DNA of 64,000 nucleotides from the NCBI GenBank assembly GCA_053919585.1, contig CM132817.1. The stretch is one strand, 5' to 3'. The position numbers were made by a program, and so were the translations under genes. Each line of letters opens with the position of its first letter. Position 1 is the first letter of the stretch. Source of the stretch: Euprymna scolopes. Taxonomy: Eukaryota. Shown in pieces: positions 11,601-23,730 of the stretch. Below the pieces are notes generated by a model. That model was not told the origin of the DNA and searched no databases. It saw nothing but the letters and a program-made list of their open reading frames with translations.

Positions 11601-13312
11601 GCCTATTTGTGATAATTTTAACAGCCTGTGAGCCAAGCAATCCTCTTGAGATCTGGATGGCTTTTCGTGATGTAATATCTGAAGACATTCTTCACAGATA
11701 CAGGCAAGAATATAACAATCCAGAAGCAGATTTTAATGAGGACATCTACAATAAAACTCTTTGTCTAATTGAAGAAAACGTTCTCCTTATGTGCGGTCAA
11801 CCATTGGCAAGCTATGGATTACCTGCACCAACGCAAGGGAGAGATGAAAGACTCGCGAGAGAGTATCAACGTGAAGTTACTTATAATCTTGAAGAACTTT
11901 CCCTACAAGCAGAAAATATGCAAGAAAAACTGACCGATTCTCAAAGAGAAGTTTACAATTCATTCATGGCAATGTTGGAAGCACAAGGTGAAATGAACAA
12001 AAACATGATGTTTCTTGATGCTCCAGGTGGTACGGGCAAGACTTTTGTAATCAATTTGATCCTTGCAAAGATTAGATCCATGAGAAAGATTGTGCTTGCA
12101 ACAGCATCCAGTGGCATTGCTGCTACTCTACTACAAGGTGGCCGCACTCTTCACAGCACTTTTAAAGTACCCTTGGATACTCATCGAATGGATCAGCCAG
12201 TTTGCAAAATTACTGGTAACTCAGCCATGGCAAATGTAATTAGAGACACCTCTGCAATCATTGTAGACGAAGCCCCAATGACGCACAAGAGTGCTTATGA
12301 AGCAATTGACCGAACACTGCAAGACATCACAGGAAACAAGAATCCCATGGGTGGCATTCCAACCTTATTTTGCGGTGATTTCCGTCAAATCCTCCCAGTG
12401 GTTAAAAATGGCACAAGGGCTAACATTGTCAATGCAAGTTTGAAACAATCCTATCTCTGGAGGCACGTTATAGTGAAGAGACTGACTACTAATATGAGAG
12501 CCTATATCTCTGATAACACAGCTGCAGCAGACTTCTCAAAATTGCTTCTCCAAATCGGTAATGGTCAGTTTCCTATCACTTCTTCACCTGACACAATTAA
12601 GATTCCAACTGCGCTTGGTAAATGTGTCGGTAATCAGAAACAACTGAAAGACAAAGTGTACCCAGACCTGCAAAACAATGGAAAATCACCGGATTGGCTT
12701 GCTGAGAGGGCTATTATTTCGCCATTAAACAGCAATGTGAATCATTTGAACAATTCAATAATGGATGAATTTCCAGGAGACACAAAGCAATACAAGTCAG
12801 TTGATTCGGCTACTAATGAATATGAAGCTGTTCACTACCCTGTGGAGTTTTTAAACTCTTTGGAGATATCTGGAATGCCTCCACACATTTTAAATCTCAA
12901 AATTGGATCGCCAATCATGATTCTTCGATCCTTGGAACCGCCAAAAACAACAAACGAAACCAGATGTGTTATCACCAGATTGCACACCAATGTACTTGAG
13001 GCCACCATTTACTGTGGTCCCTACAAAGGCGAAACCGTTCTACTGCCAAGGATCCCCTTAGTTCCATCGGACTCAGAACTTCCATTTAAATTCCGGAGAC
13101 TCCAATTTCCTGTGAAGGTGTGTTTTGCAATGAGCATAAACAAAAGTCAAGGTCAGACATTTAACACCATTGGCGTAGACTTGACATCAGACTGCTTCAG
13201 TCACGGTAAGTTCTACGTCTCCATCAGCCGGACAGGAAGTTCAGAAAAACTCTACATTCTGGCTCCAAATCAAAGCAGCAGAAATGTAGTTTACCCTGAG
13301 GCTCTTCAGTGA
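8609..13312 (+). CDS. Helitron RepHel transposase (HUH-Y2 Rep endonuclease + PIF1/SF1B helicase; N-terminal R/E-rich repeats and Zn-finger-like motif)
   Basis: Uninterrupted 1567-aa ORF. Rep motifs: DLFITFTTNPKW, EYQKRGLPHAHIL (HUH) and KYVLKYVNKG (Y2). Helicase motifs: DAPGGTGKT, IIVDEAPM, GDFRQILPV, LTTNMRA, FAMSINKSQGQT and FSHGKFYVSISR. Confidence 0.97.
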   Translation: MPPKRSRNESEEERMERLEANRLRVAAIRSNENNSDRERRLELNRIRQRERRARLSDLERETQREADRTRHAVRRINSSQDEIQERQRYALEREAILRSNELYEVSRRTQGQLRVAQRHQNESETQRSFRLYQGQQREAAWRESMTLPQQLTENEAARQRMTALRHHEIEHCNRKGLLYNKNDSLTTADIGKMDKVWQHCSAVKFKGETPGCCCSSGKVVLDSFPPLPQLLQDLLSGNGPISKDFLQNLRSYNNCFAMTSFGHKIAAVHGWNPSFRIRGQVCHQIGSLLPPENETAKFIQVYFLDSLEEELHNRGRDSRLNRDILRSLTEFLHENNSFICQLKTTKERIEEEHLVEHKVVIREDRRPQEEHPRRFNAPTTTYEIGILMKNEPTANRDIVLRFRNDTLKRISELHPLYDTLMYPLMYPYGSPSYNIYMKASNGRTVTQQQFYSYHLMTRPGNYFLWYRRLFQQWLVDVYCKIETERLQFLRREQQTLRADNYSNLRDSILREDGNPEQFGQRVVLPATYTGGPRYMFERQSDAMAYVRRMGRADLFITFTTNPKWTEITENCLQGQDPQDRPDIVARVFRQKLKKLLEFIKKGGFGRLRAFLYSIEYQKRGLPHAHILTWQAPEDKLLPEKMDLCISAEIPDKEEDLHAKVMAHMVHGPCGPFNPNCPCMIDNKCSKKYPKEFLQCTEQGQNSYPKYRRRKPEDGGQTGTIRMKRNGRYVNQEITNQWIVPYNKVLLQQFNAHINVEICSSIQSIKYVLKYVNKGCDQAVFELQRTDGAANQQGQVQSHIVDEIQQFQNARYVGSSEAAWRILEHPIHEHFPPIVQLSVHLENGQRVMFSADTALERAQGPPPASTLTAFFQLCHEDDFARGLKYVEVPEFYTWNKSTKKWMRRMRGVQVEGTENVWKAPCIGRIYTISPKAGECYFLRLLLNEVTGPTSFQDLRAYNGQVFETYRAACLARGLLENDHHLHQAVGEASATQSPSNLRSLFVIILTACEPSNPLEIWMAFRDVISEDILHRYRQEYNNPEADFNEDIYNKTLCLIEENVLLMCGQPLASYGLPAPTQGRDERLAREYQREVTYNLEELSLQAENMQEKLTDSQREVYNSFMAMLEAQGEMNKNMMFLDAPGGTGKTFVINLILAKIRSMRKIVLATASSGIAATLLQGGRTLHSTFKVPLDTHRMDQPVCKITGNSAMANVIRDTSAIIVDEAPMTHKSAYEAIDRTLQDITGNKNPMGGIPTLFCGDFRQILPVVKNGTRANIVNASLKQSYLWRHVIVKRLTTNMRAYISDNTAAADFSKLLLQIGNGQFPITSSPDTIKIPTALGKCVGNQKQLKDKVYPDLQNNGKSPDWLAERAIISPLNSNVNHLNNSIMDEFPGDTKQYKSVDSATNEYEAVHYPVEFLNSLEISGMPPHILNLKIGSPIMILRSLEPPKTTNETRCVITRLHTNVLEATIYCGPYKGETVLLPRIPLVPSDSELPFKFRRLQFPVKVCFAMSINKSQGQTFNTIGVDLTSDCFSHGKFYVSISRTGSSEKLYILAPNQSSRNVVYPEALQ

Positions 13313-13639
13313 AAAGTTCGAGAAATGGATATGAGGAAAAACTGACATGATCTGATTGTGGTAAGTTTTTAGTATTGAATGTGCAAGATAAAATTTAAGC
13401 AAGAGTTGAAAATTACTTCAATGAAAAATTTAATATGTAACATCAAGTAACCTTCCTTTTTGATGAAAATGTTTTGTGAAATTCCTGATTGAATTTCAGT
13501 CACTACAAGAGGTAGTTAAAATGTTAATCACCTTATGCAATCGTTGCTCTTACAACATCAACTTACTGGAAAGGTGCCCACAGATTTTGGTACCCGAGTG
13601 CGCAACAAAGCTCCGTGCGAAGCACGGGTATCTTTGCTA

Positions 13640-13714
<75 letters not shown>

Positions 13715-13717
<3 letters not shown>

Positions 13718-14281
13718 GCTGTCCAAAAAGTTACTGAAAGATTAAACATCTTTGTCATTTAACCATTACTGATTATTTTTATTCCTTATTTGAAATATTT
13801 TACAGATAATATCTTGCAAATATATTGTGGATAAGTATGGTGTTGAAGTCCGTACGTAAGTTTTGAAATTATTTTACCAAAAGCATGCTCTCGCTATGCC
13901 ACCGTCAAATTGGCACCGTGTTTCACAGACTTTACTAGCCCTGACGTGTTCTTGTTGGGGTATATTAAAGAAGGAGTCTATGATAATACACCCCAAACCC
14001 TCCAATAATTAATGGAAGACATCAGGAACGAAATAAAGTTATTAAGTCGCAATGCAGAGATGCTGTAATATGTCATGAATAATGTTTTGGAAAGAGAAGA
14101 GTATGCGAAGCTGAAAATAGGCACTATTTTAAAGAGATGATTTTTCATAAATAACGATTGTCTGAATTTTGCATTGTATAGAAATTTAGTAAGATTGTGT
14201 TTATATTACAGAAAAAAATATCATAAAAAATAAAGAATCTATTTAAGTTCACAACTCTTCAGTTACTTTTGGGATATCCGG
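13715..14281 (+). mobile_element. Internally deleted Tc1/mariner-superfamily element
   Basis: Imperfect TIRs with TA flanks: TA-CAGGCTGTCCAAAAAGTTACTGAA ... TTCAGTTACTTTTGGGATATCCGG-TA. The internal remnant DFTSPDVFLLGYIKEGVYDNTPQTL resembles SPDLTPxDFFLWGYxKxxVY. Confidence 0.75.
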
Positions 14282-14782
14282 TAAATATTTGCGAATATTG
14301 TTGGACTTTTTCCTTTAATTGTCATAAAGTTAACCGGTTTATCAAGCTATTGAAATGGGTTAAAATAGGTGTTGACATCACAACAACAGGAATCTGGCTA
14401 GACAGAATTTTAAAATAAATACAAAATTAGCTTCTTCTCTGCTCGATTTTCTATCATTTCGTATCTCTATCTCATTTCTTTTCTGTCTACCTTGAATTAC
14501 CTGTCATCTCTTTGGATTTTTTGGCTATATGTTTAATAGTATTTATACTCGTAGTGATATTTTTTATTTATTGTGTAATGGTGGTTTGGGCAAATGATCT
14601 TTCAATATATGTGTATTTACTGACATTAGTTAACTCTTTTTATTACCTTAAACTGTTAACAAATACAGTAAAAGAGAGAGCGAGAGAGAAAGAGAGAGTG
14701 GATAGATGGAGAGAGGAAGAGATGGAGGAAAAAAGAAAGGAGGAGATAGTGTGAAATGCGATCGACATTTCTAGACATTTCT

Positions 14783-14850
<68 letters not shown>

Positions 14851-15249
14851 GCTGAAATTTGACAGAAAACCGTCGAATACAAAACTAACCTTTCAAAAAG
14901 CACAAATACTAGCCAGTTAAATGGAAACTTCAGCAGAAGTAAAACAAAATTATGGCAAGAACACCGCAGAGAAACAAGGGAAAAAACGCAATATTTATGT
15001 TAAATTCATCCCCAAATGTGGTTGTGTCCACATAGACTTGAATCACGCCATGAAGCGCCAAAGAGAATTGAAAGACTGAGGAGAGAAAGCATTAATTAAA
15101 CCCTAGTGACTGAGTGTGAAAAGGGCTGGAACGTTGTGGAGGCTTGCTGCCACCTAAATTCCCGGGAAGAAAAATTATCGTCACTGAAAAGTTGTTGTTG
15201 CGATAACGCAAATTCATTTTTTAATGGTTATTTAAATAAGTGGTATACA

Positions 15250-16930
15250 AGAAACTAATAAGACGTTATCAGTGAATAATCTCTGTTGATTATCTGTGGG
15301 AGAATTCATAGATATTACGAATATTTATATACTCTAGATTATTCGCAACCTGGACGAAAGAAGCACTCTGATCAGAAGAGCAGGAAACAAATAAGCATGC
15401 GCAATGTACTGCACTCGTAGGAGTATAACGAGAAACTCCACGAATACACCTGAGAACAGAGAAAAGTTGATCTTCGCAACAAGAGACTTTGTTCACGGGT
15501 ACAATACATAGAGTATCTATTTATAATGCCTCACCCGGGACAGAGTTAGACACCAGTGTTGTTTTTTAACGTGGAGAAAGGAATAAAAATTAAAATTGTT
15601 CAGTCGTAAAGGAGTTCTCCTCCACTGACAGAGAACTAAAAATTGAAGTACAGCATCTGAAGAACAGATACCACACTTTGATCTTGGCCACGAAGGAATA
15701 AAATTTTGTATTTTAATTAAATTGAAATTCTTTCGTTTTTTTTGTTGTTTTTTTTTTGGGGGGGGGGTTGAGTTATCTGGTTGTCTGAGCAAGATGTCAA
15801 TTAGCATTTTGACGACGGCAGTACACCGTAAACCAAAACAGCCGAGAAAAGGAAAGCTGAAAAGGAAAGTTCTACAGGACGATTCATAAAAATGACAAGA
15901 TATGAGACTAGCCAAAACATTAGACATGGCTACGTAAACGACACTTAAAAAAGAGAAACTGAATCGCTACTGATAACTGCACATAACATTGTGATTAGAA
16001 CTAGCTACATTAAAGCTAAAAATAGAATTTCTGTAGACAAAGAGACGAAATGACAAATTATATAATAAGTGAATGCCCCACCACCAATAGAAAAACAGAC
16101 ACGATGATTTGGAGAAGATAACATACAAAGAATTATGCAAAAGACAGATCCAAAAGAAATAGACAACTGAAGAAAGAATACTGAGAGCTGTACAGAACAA
16201 TACGTTTTGAACTGTCTATATCAAAGCAAAAATAAACATAACCCACGAAAACAATAAAATCAGATTCTCTGAAGAAAAAGAGGAAACATCACTTAATAAA
16301 ATTATACATGAAAAAATATGGCTGCGTACGAAAATCAGTATATTGGGAACTATGTAACCGACAGCATGGTAACATGTAGACAAATGAGCCGAAGACAGTA
16401 ATGGAAAATGAAAATAAAAAAAACTAATTTAGGACATAAATCTACAAACAGATAAATTCATCAAAAAGCGACCGAATGTTATAATAATAGCTATAAAGAA
16501 AGACAAATTATGCAAAAGGGGAGATTTTGCGGTCTTAGCTGGGTGAAGATTAAGGTGAAAGAAAACCAAAATAATTACACTGAACTTGCTGCAGAAATAT
16601 GTAACAAAAAGAAAGTAAATATCGTAACAATGATCGTAAGAATACTCCAAAAACTTCTGAGAAAAATTGTAAAACGATTGTAAGAAATTGAAAGCAAAGG
16701 GAAAACTAGACCTTACAATGGATGATAATGATAAAAAAAATATGACACATTAAAAATAATGTTCGAATGCTTATTTGAGTCCACATCAACTGCGAACTGA
16801 CGCTGCGAGATAAAATCATTGAACAAGCCTCCGTTGATTCCAGAGAATTTTCATCAAATATCAAGGAGGATAGAAGGAGAACACCAACCAGACTTCCACA
16901 AAGATTGCAGAGAATACTATATGTGAGAGG
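15250..16930 (+). pseudogene. Decayed RLE-type (R4/Dong-like) non-LTR retrotransposon, C-terminal region
   Basis: ILRAVQNNT*TVYIKAKINITHENNKIRF resembles LIAAQNNAIRTNYIKAKID..CRLC. RPNVIIIAIKKDKLCKRGDFAV and KIKVKENQNNYTELAAEI resemble the RPD...DFAVP...KEK..KY.DLA RLE motif. Many stops; boundaries approximate. Confidence 0.65.
15517..15696 (-). mobile_element. U2-snRNA-headed short repeat (dispersed copy)
   Basis: The minus strand reads GGCCAAGATCAAAGTGTGGTATCTGTTCTT then CAGATGCTGTAC. The adjacent body matches 48157-48212. Confidence 0.6.
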
Positions 16931-18189
16931 ACGGTGACACTGCTCTACAAACCCTAATGCACTCAATATATAGGTTTGTAGTTGAGGAGTGCTTCTGAAT
17001 TTAAACTTCTCTAGAAACATTCATCTTGTAGGATGGATCACCTCAACCTACTCAGAGTAAATACTGTACAAGGATAATGGAACAAGAATGATGCATATAA
17101 AGACAAGGCAATAAGCCACTTGATGTAAGGAACAAACAATAACGACAGATGATTATCGCAAAAACAGGACGTTGCCTTTTGTTGTAAAAAAAAAAATAAG
17201 GCTGTAGATAGGAGGAAAACAGTCAGTTAAACAAGTCTGCTGTCCGAGACAAGCAACATCACGCCTACGTAAAAAAGAGTTCAGAAGAAAGGAAAGTGTG
17301 GAACCAGTTAAATAACAACTAAGTTTCTGTACTTTTTAATCAACTCACAATTGGATCAGAGATTCATCAACCTAAATATAAAAAGAGTACTCTATACATG
17401 ATCTTATTTTAGATTTGTAATGACAAAAAATAGCCGACCAAAACCAAAGCTTGTTTGGAAATGAATAACAATCGAAACAAATTGCATGCGCGTGTTTTGC
17501 CAATCAGCGATTTTATTTAAAATCCGAGCAACCATATACGTGCAGGTTAGACCCTTTTAGCAAATTATCACTACACTGTCCCCCTAACAAAATACGCAGC
17601 TTCTCCACTTGAAATTTCGTATAGAGATGCTACTTGACAGCTTGCAGAATATATGGGAACACAAAGCACTACAAATAACAGCAAACAGAAAAAATAACTG
17701 TATTCCATGATGCAGTTAAATAGAAAAAAAATACATATAAGACAATGTTGTAACGCCAGACAATGAATCACAAATTAAAAAGTCTGCATAGGTTATGGAT
17801 ATAGCTGTCGGAACGAATACGGGCTAAATATAGCGTGATATAGTAATCCAATATTAAGATCAATAAAATGACTTTAAACAACTTTGTTATAGAAGTATTT
17901 AAATAGCAAAGTAGTTGTGGTAATCGGATTTGTTTAACAAACTTGAAAAATACCTAGAAAGCAATACTTGGTAAGCCAAGTTCCTGTTGAATTATAACGG
18001 GTGTTATGAAATGCAAATCATCATAATCACGCAGTGCTTCATAGACGAAGATTACTACTAAGGGTTTTGGTGCTTTATCCTAGTATGTTGTGCATGAGTA
18101 GTTACCAGGATTGTGCCTTTGGTAATACGTTTGTTCGAATCTGGTTTTTTATTTTCGTCCCTATTTCTGCTTTTCCTTTGTGAACGCTA

Positions 18190-18850
18190 CTTCGGTTTGC
18201 TGCTAGCTCTTTCCAATGTTTCGAGTTCATATTTATTGCCTATAGGTGGCGCATTAATCTCACTCGTGTAGCGGAGTTTCTGCTCACCAGTCTTTCTGTA
18301 CTCATTTTCTAATTCTCCATACAATATGAGTTTGGGGATGCAATTGTTTTCCACATTCCAGCCCATCGCAGTTGTGTGCTGGCGAGTACGGCTTCTATTC
18401 TATCCATGTTGACTCTGTTGAGCACTTCAACATTTTGTATAAGATCATTCCATTTAATTTTAATAATTTTCCTAGGTTGCGCTGTTGTATTGGTTCTAAT
18501 CTCTTTATGTGTTCTCTGTACACTTTCTGTTGGATATAATATAGCTGATAATACCACTGCCTTATAAACTTTGCATTCTTTCTAGTCTAACGCAGTGCTT
18601 TGACCATAATCATTTTTCTAGTTTTCCGAACGAAAGAACACGTACTCTGGGTGCGGCAGTTTATCTTCTTATTTACACGGCCGTTGATACTCACTGTACT
18701 TCTCAGGTACTTAAAGCCTCGTACAACTTTTAATTCCTCACCTTTTATTATGATTGATGAATCTTGTGAGTGTATATTTTCAAGTGTTGCCTGGTATATT
18801 ACCTCAGTTTTCTCTGGATTTACCTGAAGACCAATGTGTAATATCAATCT
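18190..18850 (-). pseudogene. Decayed RTE-clade LINE (RT C-terminal region)
   Basis: GLQVNPEKTEVIYQ, KVVRGFKYLRSTVS, YKAVVLSAILY, IKWNDLIQNVEVLNR, TQLRWAG and IPKLILYGEL are RTE/BovB-like motifs across frameshifts. Confidence 0.8.
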
Positions 18851-19004
18851 AAAGGTGCTCAGATACAAACAAATGACATAAAAAGAAATCATATGCTAGA
18901 ACTAGATTAAAGACCCCTTGCTATCTTAAATTAATTAAAAAGAAAAAGGTACGCATTAATTTTAAACTTTTAAAATTGTAGTTTATTATGCAAAAATAAT
19001 GTAT

Positions 19005-22000
19005 GAACACCTCTACACCAAACTCGCAATTCTTACTAATTCTCATTAACTTAATTTACACTACCAACACTCAACTCATTCCTGGATTAAAATCGACTAA
19101 TTCTGTATTTTATAACCTCTTCACTCTCACATATGCAAATTAATGTTCCATGTATATAAGATATTTAGAAACTCCCGTTCATTCTCCTGATCTGACGCGA
19201 TGCCGCTTGTAATAAATTTATTCTATTAACTCATTTTTATCCTCTTTTATATTTTAGATCACACGCTCCCATGATCATTAAAGATCATTTCTCATCATAT
19301 AATCCGTTCCTAAACTGGCACAGTAGGTCTTTCTGCGCTCTATTAATTGTCACTAGTTCCCCATCATTGCTATTTAGCCTCATACTTACACATTTATCGT
19401 CTCGATAGGCCACATGCCTTAAATCAGTAATATGCTGCCGTATTCCATTGATACTCAAAGTGTTACAGAATTGCACTCCAGTAATCACTCCTCTTCCGCA
19501 TTTCATAGTACATCGTGCGTTTATGGGGTTCCACCCAAATCTTTTCTATTTAAATTTTAGATGCTCCTAACTCATCGATTTCTGCTGACGTATCTCTTGA
19601 GTGCCCCCATCATTAAGAACCGATCTGTGCCAGACTGTTCTCTCATTGCCAGACATTGCTTCTTTATAGGGCGGTATCTTTCTACGCTTCCAGCTGTTGC
19701 TTTCATCGTCCGATTATGTCGTTTCACTATTCAATTTTCTCCGAACATATAGCTGTCCCTGTAGTGTCTTCTGTGTTTAAGCTACATTATTTCTCAGTGA
19801 AAAACACTACCATAGTCCATTACGTGACCTCGTTGAAGCCCAATTTTCCAATTCCTCAGCAACTTCAGAAGCCGATTTCATAGGTAACTCCCTCTATATA
19901 GGCAGCCTACGAAGTTCGCAATCAATCATTGACTAACATGCCCCCCCACGATATTGTGTTATGTCAACAGCTAATCTTGTCCAATTTTATGAAATTCCAA
20001 TTTCTCCATGGTTATGTATATTGTGGGAGGAATCACTTGATTGACACCGAGCGCACTTCTTACCTACTTTTGGATTTTTTTTGTTTTATATGTGCGTCAT
20101 TTTTCAGCAATAAATTTAATAGACAGCATACCGAAACTTCTTTCTCAAGTAACAGCTGTTTTTATCTGTTACCGCATCTGTTGTGTTTCTCTCTGAAGAC
20201 GCAAAGACTGCCTTTATTCTCAGTTCAAATTCGAATATTAATTCTCCAAGCATCCTCTATGTACTCTTTTACAATAATTTCCTCAGCACCCTTGATTCGT
20301 ATTCCTCCATTCTCCAAGTTAGTACCGTAGCTAAATCTGCTCTTATTCCAGTTTCCACTATTTTGTATCTAAATTTATGCCTTCCATAAAAACGTTAAAA
20401 TCAACTATGTTAACATGACTTTTCATCAACCATGCTGCATCTTTCATCACCAAACCGCAATCATCACGATCACGCCTGTTGCAATACTGCTTCCATCATA
20501 CCACACCATCCATATTTCTGTTTCAGGTATAGGAAAAGCCCAAGTAAAAACGTTCTCTATTTCTACAAAAGCTAGAAGCTTCATGCATAACTTTGACAGT
20601 TTTGCAATTAATTCTGTCTTCCTTCTACTCAACTTGATAGTCTTTTAACATAAATATATGCTAGTCAAGGTGTCCCAACAATTTACCACGAATAAAAATT
20701 AACTCCCATTTACTAATTCCACTTCCTTTCTCTGAGATTTCGTTGTCTATTCTGAACATCAACCCTCTCATTCTTTGTTCTCATAAACTGAACCCACGGT
20801 GCCGTTCCTTTAGCCAGAGATTCTGGTGATTTTGCTGTGATTTTATTAATTAATAATGCTTCCACGTTTACTCGTACTCCGGTTACCATGCTCTTTAAAA
20901 TTTCATGCCTCTCCCATCCATTGCTTCCTCAGTGCAACTCCTACAGCATCCATTCACGAGCTTGAACCTGGTTAATGTAATAGTGCACAGTCCAGTCATT
21001 ACTGTGTTATTCACCACAACTCGTATTATTAGAATAGTCCAATACGGCACCTTTACCTTCTTGGTGACGTAGTTACTTTCTTGGACGCTTCCATTTGTTT
21101 GTTTTCCTTTCTCCGAGGACAATATTTTGCAATGTGGTCAAACTTTGCAGAATTGTAGAATCTTACTATCTCTACGTATCTCCATACAATCTTTTACAAA
21201 GTGCGGTCTTCGACATCTAACCGACTGAGCACTTGTTGATTCCTATTAATCAGTGTATTGCGTTGTACACTCTTTGACTTATTTTGCTGTGCAATTGGTA
21301 TCAGTTTGCTAATTTCTATTCTCTCGGCTGATCTCTGTGATAACGGTTGTAGTTCCACAGATAAATCGTCTGGGATTTTTTTTTAATGAAAATAAGTTTG
21401 GCTTTATGATCCAGCCAATCTTTGGATTGTATTGACGTAAAAATCAACTGACCCTTCTGTTCACATGAATCGTTGTAGTTTTTCGATGAATACCGTCACT
21501 TATCTAATTTCTACCTATTCTGTTAATTGGTCCTTGTTGCGCTTTTTAAGACAGAGAGCTAACGCATCTTCATGGGGAAAGAATGGAATAAAACTTGTTT
21601 CTTTTGTTGCGTAGCAACCAAGTGTACCTTCTTGATCAACCCAATCAAATCACCACTAAAAGGCGGTACAGGATCATATGTTTCTCCAGCCTTTGATGTT
21701 CTGATTACATATCTTCGGTCCAAAATGGCTGAACTCCTTTACACCAACTCCGCTATTCGTACCAAACTCTCTTAGCTTAATTTACACCACCAACTCTCAT
21801 TATCTCTACTTACTCTCGGCTCTCATAACTTGACATACTATCATCCTAAATTACGTAGTCTTATAACCCTATGCAAAATAATGGTAAATTTATATAAGGT
21901 ATCAATAAACTCGCGTGTCTCTTTTCTTTATTTTGTCCCTGATATTGAAACAGACGCGATGCCGCTTCTGAAAAAAAATATTTTATTACAACATTTTTAT

Positions 22001-22070
22001 TTTATTTTATAATTTAGATCACACGCCCCATAATCATTAAAAAATCATTTAACATTACATATTCCCGTGC
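19005..22070 (-). mobile_element. Highly decayed LTR retrotransposon (Ty3/gypsy-like)
   Basis: Diverged ~300-bp direct repeats at ~19005-19310 and ~21731-22070 share GACGCGATGCCGCTT and TTAGATCACACGC. The minus strand has a gag zinc-knuckle relic VRFYNSAKFDHIAKYCP (~21116-21166) and an integrase-like NDGGTQ near 19600. Confidence 0.55.
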
Positions 22071-22424
22071 CCATGTTCCTCTTTATCTTTCCTTCATCGA
22101 AACAGAATTTTAATTTGCCTTTACATATCAAACCACAAAAGTTAACGATATGTTACATAACTAAAATGATTTGATATGAAAATTATTATTGTTGCAAGTG
22201 TCTTGCTTGGTCTATAAATATTAGAAAATATTAACTGCAAAAATGTCGGGATATGTATTTCTAATGTTATTTTACATAGATTTAATTCTCACTAAAAAAA
22301 ATTCACATTGATAAGGACCAAAGGTTCTGATTCCAAATATACAATTAGTTTGGCTTTTAGATCAATCGTTTAACTGTAATGCCGCGGTACACATACATAC
22401 ATACACACACATACATATCTAGAG

Positions 22425-22470
<46 letters not shown>

Positions 22471-22475
<5 letters not shown>

Positions 22476-22781
22476 GAAAAGAATATCAAACCACATGTCT
22501 TCTTTTAACAACCATAATTCTAATAATAACCAAGGAACTTCTCTAACCACTTTAATTAACAAACTTAATTCCAATAATACCCCCTTCTCAATCAAATGGA
22601 CTATCATAAAAAAGTTAAGTCTTATACTCCAGGATCTAATTCATGTCGCCTCTGCACAACAGAAGCTATAACTATAATTACTTCCCCTCAAAGTAACAAT
22701 ATAATTAATTCTAAAAACGAACTGATCACTTTCTGTAAACATAAGTCCAAGTTTAATTATGGTAATTTTGAAATTACATAG
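22471..22781 (+). pseudogene. C-terminal GIY-YIG endonuclease remnant of a Penelope-like element (Naiad-like)
   Basis: KKRISNHMSSF...TSLTTLINKL...FSIKWTIIKK, then a frameshift to KSYTPGSNSCRLCTTEAITI...INSKNELITFCKHKSKF. This matches the remembered PLE EN pattern R..NH..SF / I.W.I / CxLC..E / N.R.E...CxH. Confidence 0.7.
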
Positions 22782-22795
22782 CTATTACTTTAACC

Positions 22796-22849
<54 letters not shown>

Positions 22850-23730
22850 TCTTTAGCATTATCGTTTTTTTTTCTAAATACGTTCTTAATACTTTATAAC
22901 TTAATAATCCTTTAGTTAATTCTTTATTTCTTCTTTGTTTAGCCGGTTTTTTCTGCAATTTCCGTTTTTGTGCTTAAATATTCATATCTATCAAATATAT
23001 CAATCTACCTACACATTCATACCCTGTATGTATATTTACTTATATTTTATTATATGCATTTACTTACATGTTACTTGTTTTATAAGAATTTTGCAAAAAC
23101 CGGCCATCCTCTCCTCTTAGATTTTCTTAGTGTATTTTAATAACTCCTGCTGATATTTTCTTAAGTTATAATCTGTACATTTCAGTTGACCTATTTTTTG
23201 CATTTTATTTTTGGTGCTTTTTAACATCATCTATTCTTCTGAGTCATTTTAACATCTGCTTTTCTATTTTATATTTTATTCGATCACCATTCAATCTTTA
23301 TTTTTCTTCATTCATTTTTCTCTTCTTAACTCATCTTTCTTATTTACTCCTTGTCTCGAGTTTAACGCATATCTTATATTTCTTTTAATAATGTTATTGG
23401 AATTCTTTCCTCTTTTACTTGTACCTATTTGTGCATTATTCCACTGATTCCGGCCTTTTGAATTATTTTGGACTATCTTCTAATTACGCGATTTCCTTGG
23501 ATTTTACTTGTGCGAATGGAAATTTAACTAACTTTCTTAGATTTACATTTTTGGATTTTACCGTCATTGGATACTTTACCTTTCACCAGACGTGAAATCA
23601 CCCTTTTCTCCACCCTTATTCCCTCTGCTTTACTTTTTGTTATCAAGTAAGATATTTGACTTACTTACAGTTTCATCAAATACTTTAGCAAGCAAAATCC
23701 GATCCTCCATCGCATTTTGCTAATTCCTAC

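Larger units (their letters stand above)
4312..13640 (+). mobile_element. Full-length Helitron (rolling-circle transposon) with an uninterrupted RepHel ORF
   Basis: The 5' end is A|TCTTCTATATTTTTATAAAG at 4312. The 3' hairpin CCGTGC-GAA-GCACGG (13613-13627) is followed by CTAG|T (13637-13640). It sits between A and T within (TA)n with no TSD. Confidence 0.9.

Noticed and set aside
8814-12147. Small alternative-frame and antisense ORFs inside RepHel
   Set aside because: They have no recognisable motifs and are expected shadows of a long coding sequence.
13361-13499. Possible intron (GTAAGT...TTTCAG) in the Helitron 3' UTR
   Set aside because: Only splice-like motifs are present; it cannot be supported without transcripts.
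22596-22781. Selenocysteine recoding as reported for some Naiad elements
   Set aside because: The Cys codons in this fragment are ordinary TGT/TGC and no in-frame TGA is present.
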